From NCBI GenBank assembly GCA_963842945.1, contig CAWJIM010000019.1, positions 416,001 to 480,000 on the forward strand: a stretch of 64,000 bases of DNA, read 5' to 3'. Below, one piece after another: positions 30,176 through 39,150 of the stretch. The stretch comes from an uncultured Gemmatimonadales bacterium (GTDB taxonomy: Bacteria; Gemmatimonadota; Gemmatimonadetes; Gemmatimonadales; GWC2-71-9). Position 1 is the first letter of the stretch; every line of letters starts with the position of its first letter. The position numbers were made by a program, and so were the translations under genes. Under the pieces are notes generated by a model, which saw only the letters and a list, made by a program, of their open reading frames with translations, did no database searches and was not told where the DNA came from.

Positions 30176-30233
30176 AAGCGGTGAGCGCTCACCGCTTACC
30201 TAGTTGTCCCCCGCTCACCGCTCACGCTTTACC
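30176..30233. repeat. Perfect 22-bp palindrome AAGCGGTGAGCGCTCACCGCTT plus a CCGCTCA heptamer array between convergent genes
   Basis: 30176-30197 is self-complementary; the units are the reverse complement of the 29327 array units. Confidence 0.75.
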
Positions 30234-31949
30234 ATCCAGCCACGCTTCGATATGCGATCGAAGAAACGAGAGCGGGACACTGCCGCTCTCGAGGACCCGG
30301 TCGTGGAACTCGCGGATGTCGAACTTGTCTCCCAGCCGAGCCTGCGCCTCGTCGCGCAGCCGCTCGATCTCCAGCCGCCCGATCATGTACGCCGTGGCCT
30401 GGCCCGGATTGGCGATGTAGCGGTCCACCTCCGACTCCACCGCGGCCCGGGAATTCGGCACATGCGCCATCATGTAGTCGATCGCCTGCTGGCGCGACCA
30501 GCCCAGCACCGCGAGGCCGGGGTCCACCACCAGCCGGGCGGCACGCAGGGCCTGCTGGCCCAGCTCGCCGAAGCGATCGAGGTCGCTCGAGTACAAGCCC
30601 ATCTCTCCCGCCATCCGCTCCGCATACAGTCCCCAGCCCTCGGTGAACCCGGAGAAGACGAGGTAGCGGGTGATGGGATGCGCGTTCCCCCGCTCCTGCG
30701 CCAGCGCGATCTGCAGGTGATGGCCCGGAATCGTTTCGTGGAAGGCGATGCCCTCGAGCGGCGCCCGGGGCTGCGGCGGGGTGTTGCGCGCGTTGATCCT
30801 CCAGCGTCCCGGCCGCTTGCCGTCGGGAGTGCCGGGCACATAGGAGTTGGGGCAGCCGCCCTTCTCCTCGAACGCGAGGCATGGATCCACGATCACGTCG
30901 CCTCGGGGAAGCCGGCCGAACCAGCGGGGCATGGCCGCCTTGGCCCGCCCGATCGCCGCCTCGGCCGAGGCGATGATCTGCTCCCGGCTGCCGAAGGTAC
31001 TGTCGGTCCGAAGCCTCTGGTACACGGCAGGCAGATCGGAGCTGCCGTAGCTCCGCTGCGCCAGCGGACGGGCCTCGGCTTCGATCGCCGCCATCTGCTG
31101 AAGCCCCAGCTGGTGGATCGCCCGGGCATCCTTGTCCACCGTGGTGAACTGCCGCACGCTGGCCCGATAGCACTCGGCGCCATTGGGCAGGGCGCTGAGC
31201 GCGGTGCCGGTGCGGGCCTTGGGGATGTACTCGGACACGAGGAAGTCGCGATACCGGGTGGCAGCGGGGATGATCTCCCGGGCGACGATGGCGATCACCG
31301 AGTCCCGGAACCCCGGCGCCGAGTCCCGGTCGGCGAGCCCGGCGAACGGAGACCGCTCGGCCGGAGACTTGAGGACTTCATTCAGCTGCGCGACCACCAT
31401 CTGGGCGTTGGCCTTGGGCTGAGTGTACCCCAGGCGGAGCCCCTCCTTGAGATTGCCGATCTCGGTGTCCACGTAGCGGGCGACGCCGTGCCAGCGGACC
31501 AGTGCCGCAGCCCGGAGCTTCGGGGTGCCGACCGGCTGTAACTGGGCCATGACCGGCAGGTAGATCTGCCAGCCCGCCTGCTGGCTCAGCGGCAGCAGCT
31601 CGCCGCGGCAGATCCGGCTCTGGCGCGAGGCCTCCAGCGTCTCCAGCAAAACACCGTAGGTCGCGTCCTCTGGCCGGCCACTCAGTTCATCGGCCCGAAT
31701 CTCCTTCAGCCGGGAGATCCATCGGTCCTCTTTCTTCTCCCAGGCCCGAAGCGCGGGGAGCGAGTTGTCGTTCATCCGGTCGTTGGGAGCCTCCGGTACG
31801 CCGAGGAAAACGGCGGCGAGCGGAAAGGTCTGTACGAAGGTGCTCCAGTATTCATCGGCCAGAGCATCCACTTTCGAGGGAGCATCACCAGGTGCAGCGC
31901 CGGTGGCCAGCGCAAGGAGGATGAGCGAAACCGAACGCAGATGTGTCAT
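30222..31949 (-). CDS. DUF885 family protein (secreted)
   Basis: FHETIPGHHLQ, FTEGWGLYAE, RAARLVVDPG, EVDRYIANPGQATAYMIG, FDIREFHD. Confidence 0.92.
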   Translation of the reverse strand: MTHLRSVSLILLALATGAAPGDAPSKVDALADEYWSTFVQTFPLAAVFLGVPEAPNDRMNDNSLPALRAWEKKEDRWISRLKEIRADELSGRPEDATYGVLLETLEASRQSRICRGELLPLSQQAGWQIYLPVMAQLQPVGTPKLRAAALVRWHGVARYVDTEIGNLKEGLRLGYTQPKANAQMVVAQLNEVLKSPAERSPFAGLADRDSAPGFRDSVIAIVAREIIPAATRYRDFLVSEYIPKARTGTALSALPNGAECYRASVRQFTTVDKDARAIHQLGLQQMAAIEAEARPLAQRSYGSSDLPAVYQRLRTDSTFGSREQIIASAEAAIGRAKAAMPRWFGRLPRGDVIVDPCLAFEEKGGCPNSYVPGTPDGKRPGRWRINARNTPPQPRAPLEGIAFHETIPGHHLQIALAQERGNAHPITRYLVFSGFTEGWGLYAERMAGEMGLYSSDLDRFGELGQQALRAARLVVDPGLAVLGWSRQQAIDYMMAHVPNSRAAVESEVDRYIANPGQATAYMIGRLEIERLRDEAQARLGDKFDIREFHDRVLESGSVPLSFLRSHIEAWLDGKA

Positions 31950-32031
31950 ACCTGTAACCCGCTGGACAGAGGAAGAATGAACGGGAACGCTACGCTGAAC
32001 TACGAGGAGTGAGAGATGGAAGTGTCGGACG

Positions 32032-32144
32032 GGCGGTAAGGCGGTAAGGCGGTAAGGCGGTAAGGCGGTAAGGCGGTAAGGCGGTAAGGCGGTAAGGCGG
32101 TAAGGCGGTAAGAGCGGTAAGGCGGTAAGGCGGTAAGGCGGTAA
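32032..32144 (+). repeat. Tandem octamer array (GGCGGTAA) x14, one unit being the 9-nt variant GAGCGGTAA
   Basis: Counted directly from the sequence. Confidence 0.97.
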
Positions 32145-32200
32145 GGGACCGGTAGTTTAATTGATGCTAGTAAGACCTATGGCAGGCGTAATGATTCTGC

Positions 32201-32552
32201 ATGCCACCGTATGAGAGATTCGATGCCTGGAAGATGGCCCATCGACTTGCGCTTCAAGTTTACGAGATCACTAACGGTTGGCCGGCTGCAGGAGCGCTAT
32301 GGACTGACTGCACAACTTCGTCGGGCCGCAATCTCAGTACCGACCAATATTGCTGAAGGGTCGGCTAAGCGCGGATCGCGAGAGCTCAGACGCTACCTTG
32401 ATATAAGCCTTGGCTCCCTGTCTGAGGTCTCCTATCTCCTCAGGTTCGGGCAAGACTGTGGTCTGCTTTCGCCTTCTGACTTCAAGGCTCTGGATGGTTT
32501 GAGAGATGAGGCCGGAAAGCTCACGTGGCGCCTGTATGCAACTGTAAAGTGA
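32201..32552 (+). CDS. Four-helix-bundle protein (23S rRNA IVS / Avd-like family), one extra base near 32284
   Basis: MPPYERFDAWKMAHRLALQVYEITNGWP joined to ERYGLTAQLRRAAISVPTNIAEGSAKRG...YLDISLGSLSEV. Confidence 0.9.
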
Positions 32553-32560
32553 TCCCGACG

Positions 32561-32591
32561 TACCGCCTTACCGCCTTACCGCCTTACCGTC
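32561..32591 (-). repeat. Inverted tandem array (TTACCGCC) x~4, complementary to 32032-32144
   Basis: taccgcc ttaccgcc ttaccgcc ttaccgtc. Confidence 0.93.
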
Positions 32592-32603
32592 TAGTATTCC
32601 CCC

Positions 32604-33317
32604 ATGCCATCCCCTGAAAAAATCGCATACATCACCGGTGCCACCCAGGGCATCGGCCGAGCCACCGCGCTGGCATTGGGGCGCGCCGGCTACGCCGTCG
32701 GGCTGCTCGCCCGGACCGAGTCGGACGTGGATGATCTCGCCAATGAGTTGTCCCGAGAGGGCATAGAAGCTGCCGGTGCGGCCGCCGACGTGGGCAACCC
32801 GGATCAGGCCCAGCGAGCGGTGGACGAGCTGACCCGGGACCTGGGCGACGCCGACGTGCTGGTCAACAACGCCGGGGTGCTCATCGCCAAGCCGTTCGAG
32901 GAACTGACGCTGGAAGAGTGGGACGTCACCATGGGCACCAACGTCCGGAGCCTCTACCTGATGACCCGGGCGGTGCTCCCCGCCATGCGGCGGCGCAAGC
33001 GGGGCGCAATCATCAATGTGGCCAGCCTCGCAGGGCGAAACGGTTTCGTCGGCGGTACCGCTTACACCGCCTCGAAGCACGCGGTCCTCGGATTCAGCCG
33101 CTCCCTCATGCTGGAAACCCGGAAGGAGAACATCCGGGTCATCGCCATCTGCCCCGGCTCGGTCGACACCGGCCTGATCCGGGACCAGTCGATGTTGAAG
33201 TCCGACCCCCTGCGTATCCTCAAACCCGCGGATGTCGCGGAGACCATCGTGCACGCGATCAATCTTCCCGAGCGCGCCCTGGTGAGCGAGCTGGACATCC
33301 GGCCGACGAATCCGTGA
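32604..33317 (+). CDS. SDR family oxidoreductase
   Basis: TGATQGIG, LVNNAG, YTASK. Confidence 0.93.
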   Translation: MPSPEKIAYITGATQGIGRATALALGRAGYAVGLLARTESDVDDLANELSREGIEAAGAAADVGNPDQAQRAVDELTRDLGDADVLVNNAGVLIAKPFEELTLEEWDVTMGTNVRSLYLMTRAVLPAMRRRKRGAIINVASLAGRNGFVGGTAYTASKHAVLGFSRSLMLETRKENIRVIAICPGSVDTGLIRDQSMLKSDPLRILKPADVAETIVHAINLPERALVSELDIRPTNP

Positions 33318-33532
33318 GGAACGTGGGGAACGTGCTGGTCTCGCGTTGCATCTGCCGTAACACCCCGTTTTCGGACCTGTTGCCACGGGCTCGTGCGGGC
33401 GGCTGGAGCCTGCAGGATCTCATGACTGAGACCGGCTGCGGTGCTCAGTGCGGCCTGTGCCGGCCGTATCTCCGCCGCATGCTCCGCACCGGGGAGACCG
33501 TGTTCCACGAGCTCTTGTCAGAGGACGCATGA
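33314..33532 (+). CDS. BFD-like (2Fe-2S)-binding protein
   Basis: GTGA overlap; CIC...TGCGAQCGLCRPYL. Confidence 0.75.
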   Translation: MRNVGNVLVSRCICRNTPFSDLLPRARAGGWSLQDLMTETGCGAQCGLCRPYLRRMLRTGETVFHELLSEDA

Positions 33533-35105
33533 GCGCGCAGGAACACGCGTCGGCCCATCGGATTCTGGGCCCGGCTCGAGCGCTACTGGCGTCGGCTTTC
33601 CTATACCGGCTCCATCATCGGTATCGCCATCATCATCACCTGGCTCGGCGTCTGGCAGATTCGCCGGGACGACACCGTCGGCCTGCTGCTCACCTCGGTG
33701 GCTACGCTGCTGACGCTGGTCACCTTCCGTCACCTGGGCGAGCTCTCGGAGGGGCAGAAGACCTCGCTCCGCACCGCCCTGGCGCACTCCGACCGGCGCA
33801 ACCGCGAGCTGGATCACCTCCGGCACCTGGCCGGGACTCTGCTGGCCGGCACCGACCTCGGACGGGCTGGTGCGCGAGGTGGCCCAGTCCGCGGCCGAGC
33901 TGCTGGAGGCTGAAAGCGGTGCGGTGACGCTGATGGTGGAGGAGGGCCGCTTCCTTAAAGTGAAGGCGGCAACCGGTGCGCTCGAGGCGGCCACCGGCAT
34001 GCTGGTTCCGATAGATGGCTCGCTGCTCGGCTGGGCGGTGACTCAGGATTCCGCACTGGTGTCGGACGACATGGATTCCGATCCCAGGAACTACCAGCCG
34101 GCCTTCACGATTCCCCTCAAGTCGGCCGCCATCGTTCCGCTGCGGTCCGCCGGCTTCGTGGTGGGCACGGTGAGCGTGTACAACCGGCGCGACCGGCAGC
34201 CCTTCAGCCAGCATGACGTTCAGCTGCTGCAGATTCTGGGCGACCAGGTTGTGGTGGGCCTCGACCGGGCATCGGTACTGGCCGAGAGCCGGCGCAACGA
34301 GACCGCCCTGCGGAACAAGAACCAGGAGCTCCAGCAGGCCACCCAGCTCAAGAGCGAGTTCCTGGCCAACATGTCGCACGAGCTCAGGACCCCGCTCAAC
34401 GCGATCATCGGCTTCTCCGACCTGCTGCTCGAGGGCGGTGGGGGCGATATCTCACCGCAGCAGCGCGAGTTCATCGAGGCCGTGCTGCGCAACGGGAAGC
34501 ATCTCCTCTCGCTGATCAACAGCGTGCTCGATCTCTCCAAGGTCGAGGCCGGCCGGATGTCGCTCACGCTGGCGGTGACGGATCTGCGGGAGGCAATCAC
34601 CGGGGCGGTGACCGACACCGCGAGCCTTCGCACCGCGAAACAGCAGGAGTGCGTGCTGAAGCTCGATCCGGCTTCGTTAACGGTCGTCGCCGACCGAGTC
34701 AGAATTCGGCAGATTCTCTACAACCTCCTTTCCAACGCGTCGAAGTTCACCGCCGAGGGTGGCAAGATCTGCCTGGCGGCAGTGCGGACCCGCGCGCCGC
34801 TCCGGCAGCCGGCAGACCGGGCGGGCGACAGGGGCCGTTTGGTCCCCCAGGACGTCGTGTGGATCTCGGTGACAGACGAAGGTGTGGGAATCAAGCGGGA
34901 GGATATGCCGAAGCTGTTTCAGGAATTCAGTCAGGTGGACAGCTCGGCCAGCCGGCGGGCACAGGGAACCGGACTGGGCCTGGCCCTCTGCAAAAAGTTC
35001 GTGGAGCTGCACGGCGGCATCATCGGAGTGGATTCGGTCTACGGCAAGGGCGCCGCGTTCTGGTTTCTGCTCCCGGCCGATGGGCCGATGCGCCGCACAG
35101 CTTGA
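33529..35105 (+). CDS. Membrane GAF-domain sensor histidine kinase, frameshifts in the 5' part
   Basis: [43 protein letters not shown]. Confidence 0.9.
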
Positions 35106-35136
35106 ATCGGAGGGCCAAGGCGCTACCCTTAAGGGA

Positions 35137-35496
35137 ATGGCAGCCCTTCGCTCGATAATGAGCGTGGCCGGTTTTCTTACGGCCCTTCTGGCCGGTGTCC
35201 ATCTGGCCCCAAGCCCAGCGGCTGTCCCGCTCCCCAACGTTGCATCGAAGCCCGCTCCCGCAGCTGTCGTCAGTACTCCCCAGGAATCCCTCCCGGCACC
35301 GGTTCACGACGAGGCCACCTGCGCCTTCTGCCAGGCGGCGGCATTCGCTCCCCATGCGGGCCAACCGGTGGGCACCCTCGCCCTGGACACCGGTGACGAG
35401 CAGCGGCTCCAGCCGGCCCACGACGACTCACCCGCCTTTTCCGCGTCGGCCAGTCCGGCGCGCTCCCGAGCTCCCCCCATTCTCCGATCGGTCTGA
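35137..35496 (+). CDS. DUF2946-like leader protein (TM segment, CxxC, C-terminal RAPP)
   Basis: N-terminal hydrophobic segment, HDEATCAFCQ, SRAPPILRSV stop; directly upstream of the metal-uptake genes. Confidence 0.7.
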   Translation: MAALRSIMSVAGFLTALLAGVHLAPSPAAVPLPNVASKPAPAAVVSTPQESLPAPVHDEATCAFCQAAAFAPHAGQPVGTLALDTGDEQRLQPAHDDSPAFSASASPARSRAPPILRSV

Positions 35497-35542
35497 GCCA
35501 ACGCGTCTCTAGCGACGCGTAACTCTTACAATCGGAGGATTC

Positions 35543-36943
35543 ATGCACCGCCGTGCTCGCACGGCCATTCTGCTCGCCGGATTCTGGCTGGGAGCAGCAT
35601 CCAACGTTCAAAGCCAGGTCAGCACTCGGGTCGATTCGCTGAACCGAGCGCTATCGACCTTGTCCGCGCGCATCGATTCGCTCGAAGCCGGCCTCTGTCC
35701 GGCAGCGGCCGGACCCGCGGTTCCTGGCCCCTCGGGAGACCGGGTGACCGACACTCTCGCCGCCCAGGTCCAGTCACTGGAGCGCAGACTGGCCGCCCTC
35801 CGACAGGTGCGCTGCGCGCCGGGCGCGGCTCCCGGCCGGCACCGACCCAGACATCCGGATTCGACTGACGATCTCGCGGCGATCCGGGCGGCCGCCGCGC
35901 AGGCCGCGGGACAGGCCGGCGGCGGAGGTCAAACCGATTCCACGAAGCCGAAGTCGGAGACTGCACCATCCCAGCAAAGCCCTCGGGGAGCCAACCTCCT
36001 CAACCCCGAGATCAGCGCCACGGGTGATATCCGGCTGGTGGCCCGGGAGGGCCAGCAGGAGAACACCTTCGTGCCCCGCGAGTTCGAGTTTGCCTTTCAG
36101 TCGGCCCTCGATCCGTACTCCAGTACCAAGATCTTCATGACCTTTGAGGATGAAGAAGTGGGGATCGAGGAGGGCTACATCTACTGGACGGGACTGCCGG
36201 GCCGGCTTCGAGTCGATCTCGGGAAATATCGCCAGCAGGTGGGCGATCTGAACCGATGGCATCTGCATGCATTGCCCGAGACCGAGTATCCGCTGGTGTA
36301 TCAGCGGTACTTCGGAGAAGAAGGTCTGTCCGGGGTCGGTCTCTCGCTTTACACCACGCTGCCGTTCTCCCTGGCCGGTGCCACCCACGAGGTCTGGTTG
36401 CAGGGCACCACCGTCAACAGCGATCCGATGCTGAGCGGAGGCCACCCGTTGGTGCTGCTGGGACGGCTGCAGAACTTCTGGCAGCTCAGCCGGAGCACCT
36501 ATGCCCAGCTGGGAGTGACCGGACTCGGCGGCAACCACGACGATGCCGACCTCCGCAGCCGGGTGGCAGGACTCGACTTCCGGCTGACCTATCGCCCGCC
36601 GCAGTCCGGCACCCGGCGCGACGTCACCTTCCGTGCCGAAGGGTACCGCTTCCACGCCGATGAGATTGGAGTCACCACCAATCGGTATGGCGCGTTTCTG
36701 GATCTGCAGGCACGAACCAGCCAACGCTGGGTCTTCGGCGCCCGCTACGATTATGTGGAGGCGCCGCGGGGCCCGGATGATACCGAATGGCGAATTACTC
36801 CGAACCTCACCTGGTGGCAGAGTGAGTTCGTTTTTCTCCGGCTGGAAGGCGAGCACCGGCACAGCGATCTGGCGGGGACCCAAAACCTGTTGACGTTCCA
36901 GGCGGTGTGGGCCATGGGCCCGCACAAGCATGAGACGTATTGA
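35543..36943 (+). CDS. Outer-membrane beta-barrel associated with metal uptake (zinc-regulated receptor/porin-like)
   Basis: SD GGAGG, signal peptide, coiled coil, LNPEISATGD, DLNRWHLHALP, WWQSEF, C-terminal MGPHKHETY. Confidence 0.75.
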   Translation: MHRRARTAILLAGFWLGAASNVQSQVSTRVDSLNRALSTLSARIDSLEAGLCPAAAGPAVPGPSGDRVTDTLAAQVQSLERRLAALRQVRCAPGAAPGRHRPRHPDSTDDLAAIRAAAAQAAGQAGGGGQTDSTKPKSETAPSQQSPRGANLLNPEISATGDIRLVAREGQQENTFVPREFEFAFQSALDPYSSTKIFMTFEDEEVGIEEGYIYWTGLPGRLRVDLGKYRQQVGDLNRWHLHALPETEYPLVYQRYFGEEGLSGVGLSLYTTLPFSLAGATHEVWLQGTTVNSDPMLSGGHPLVLLGRLQNFWQLSRSTYAQLGVTGLGGNHDDADLRSRVAGLDFRLTYRPPQSGTRRDVTFRAEGYRFHADEIGVTTNRYGAFLDLQARTSQRWVFGARYDYVEAPRGPDDTEWRITPNLTWWQSEFVFLRLEGEHRHSDLAGTQNLLTFQAVWAMGPHKHETY

Positions 36944-36944
36944 A

Positions 36945-36988
36945 GCAGCGGGGCAGCGGGGCGGCGGGGCAGCGGGGCGGCAGGGCAG
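36945..36988 (+). repeat. Tandem octamer array (GCAGCGGG) x5.5
   Basis: gcagcggg gcagcggg gcggcggg gcagcggg gcggcagg gcag; complementary CCCGCTGC units at 37088-37151. Confidence 0.8.
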
Positions 36989-37043
36989 TCACTGAAGGCG
37001 GAGACGAAGCGATCTACTTGAGACCCATTGAAGGAATACACAT

Positions 37044-38143
37044 ATGACGTTCACATCACTGTTCATTCTCGCGGGTCTCCTGTGGAGCTGCCCCGCTGCC
37101 GAGCGGCCCCGCTGCCTCGCTTGAAAGCCCCGCTGCCGAGCGACCCCGCTGTCGCGCCTCCTAAGCTCGTCACCAGCTTGACGACCTACGGCGCCATTGC
37201 GCGAGAGATCGTCGGCGACCGGGGCACGGTGACCTCCATAGCCCAGGGCGACGAGGATCCCCACTTCGTGCAACCGAAGCCCAGCTTCGTGGCGATCCTC
37301 CGCGACGCCGATCTGTTTGTGACCACCGGTATGGATCTCGAGCTCTGGGTGCCGGCGCTGCTGGACCGGGCCGGTAACCGAAAGATCATGGACGGCGGTC
37401 CCGGATATGTAGCAGCATTTCGCGGAATCGATCTGATGGAAGTGCCCACCTCGCTCAGCCGAGCCCAGGGCGACATCCACGTCGATGGCAACCCGCACAT
37501 TCACACCGATCCCGTAAATGGGATCATCATCGCGCGGAACATCCTGGCGGGCCTCCAGCGCGTCTCCCCCGAGAACGGCTCGTACTACGCCGGCCGGGAA
37601 CAGGACTTCGAGAAGCGGGTGCTGGAAGCCACGATCGGCGCCCCACTGGTCGGCATCCTGACTCCCGCGACCGCCTTCGATCTCCTGAAATCGAACAAGC
37701 TCCTCGATTTCCTGGCGCAGCAGAAGTATCAGGGCAAGCCGCTCACTGCGCAGCTCGCAGGCTGGCTCAAGCAGGCCGAGGTTTTCCGGGGCAAGCAGAT
37801 GGCCTGCTACCACAAGGAGTGGGCCTATTTCAGCCGGCGGTATGACATCGAGTGCGTCACCTACATCGAGGCAAAGCCGGGTATCCCGCCGACACCCGGC
37901 CACGTCCAGGAAGTCATTCAGCTGATGCGGGACCGAAAGATTCCCGTGCTCTTCTCCTCGAATTACTTCGACCGTAAGCAGATCGAGCAGGTGGCCGAGC
38001 GCACCGGCGCCAAGGCGGTGATCGTGCCGGAAAACACCCAGGGGGCACCCGGGGTGAATACCTACTTCGACCTGATGAACACCTGGGTCAGTAATCTGGC
38101 TCTCGGGTTCAAGGACGTAGCGCTCACCGCCGGAGCCCGATAA
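37044..38143 (+). CDS. Metal ABC transporter substrate-binding protein (ZnuA/MntC-like); frameshift between signal peptide and mature domain
   Basis: SD AAGGA plus ATG 37044 (MTFTSLFILAGLLWSC); DPHF, GDIHVDGNPHIHTDP, YHKEW, KPGIPPTPGH. Confidence 0.88.
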
Positions 38144-39150
38144 TGGACCTGAGCCTCTTTCTTCCGCCGCTGGTGGCGTGCCTGGTCATCGTAGCCATTC
38201 ACTCGTATCTCGGGCTGCACGTGATCGCCCGCGAGGTGATTTTCGTCGACCTCTCTCTGGCCCAGATGGCGGCGCTGGGCTCGGCCGTCGCCATTCTGGC
38301 CGGGAGCCAGCCCGATTCGTCAACCGCATTCATTTATGCTCTGGGATTCACCACCCTGGGCGCGGCGACGTTCGCCCTGACCCGCACCTCGGAAAAAGGT
38401 GCCGTGCCCCAGGAGGCGATCATCGGGATCGTGTACGTCATGGCATCCGCCGCCGCTATTCTGGTAGCCGACCGCACTCCCCGCGGGGGCGAGGCCATCA
38501 AAGACATCCTGGTAGGCAGCCTTCTCTGGGTCACCTGGCCCACGATTCTCCGTCTGGCTGGCATTTACGCGGTGGTGGGACTGGTGCACTGGGCGCTGCG
38601 GCGGCGGTTTCTCACCATTTCGTTCAGCCCGGAAACGGCGCTGGCTCTCGGGTGGAAAATCCGCTGGTGGGATTTTCTGTTCTACCTCACCTTCGGTATC
38701 GTGATCACCTTCTCGGTCCCGATCGCGGGAGTGCTGCTGGTGTTCTCCTTCCTGGTGGTCCCTGCAGCCGTCGCCTTTCAGTTCACCCGGCGCCAGGGAA
38801 CCCTGGCCCTGATCTCGTGGCTGAGCGGGGCGCTGGCCTCTGCGCTCGGGCTTTGGGTGTCTTTTCACTACGATCTGCCGACCGGTCCGGTGGTCGTGTG
38901 CATGTTCGGCCTGGTGCTTCTGGGAGCCTATCTGGCGCGGAGGGTGGCTGGGACTCAGGCACCGGCACTGGCCCCGACGTCACGCAGAGAGGGCCACCCC
39001 CAGCCTCTAACTCACGCTGGGCCTCAGATCACGGTCTTTCGGTCGGAGCGCCAGCGCGACACGGTGGGATGCGGCAGCATTGCGCCGCGGCGAAGCAGTT
39101 CGAAGTGCGCCGCGATGATGTCGGCCAGACGCTGGGCAATGAGCACGTGA
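38143..39150 (+). CDS. Metal ABC transporter permease (ZnuB-like); true end probably ~39010
   Basis: HSYLGLHVIAREVIFVDLSLAQ, QEAIIGIVY, GVLLVFSFLVVPA, YDLPTGP. Confidence 0.88.
   Translation: MDLSLFLPPLVACLVIVAIHSYLGLHVIAREVIFVDLSLAQMAALGSAVAILAGSQPDSSTAFIYALGFTTLGAATFALTRTSEKGAVPQEAIIGIVYVMASAAAILVADRTPRGGEAIKDILVGSLLWVTWPTILRLAGIYAVVGLVHWALRRRFLTISFSPETALALGWKIRWWDFLFYLTFGIVITFSVPIAGVLLVFSFLVVPAAVAFQFTRRQGTLALISWLSGALASALGLWVSFHYDLPTGPVVVCMFGLVLLGAYLARRVAGTQAPALAPTSRREGHPQPLTHAGPQITVFRSERQRDTVGCGSIAPRRSSSKCAAMMSARRWAMST

Noticed and set aside
30204..31541. Long antisense or alternative-frame ORFs (also 7093-8682, 9678-10898, 41064-42341, 45016-46284, 2629-4098)
   Set aside because: Typical stop-poor shadow frames of high-GC genes with no recognisable motifs
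32032..32144. CRISPR array
   Set aside because: Contiguous 8-nt units with no unique spacers, and no cas genes in the window
32032..32591. 23S rRNA intervening sequence
   Set aside because: The flanks are protein genes (DUF885, SDR) and no rRNA sequence is present
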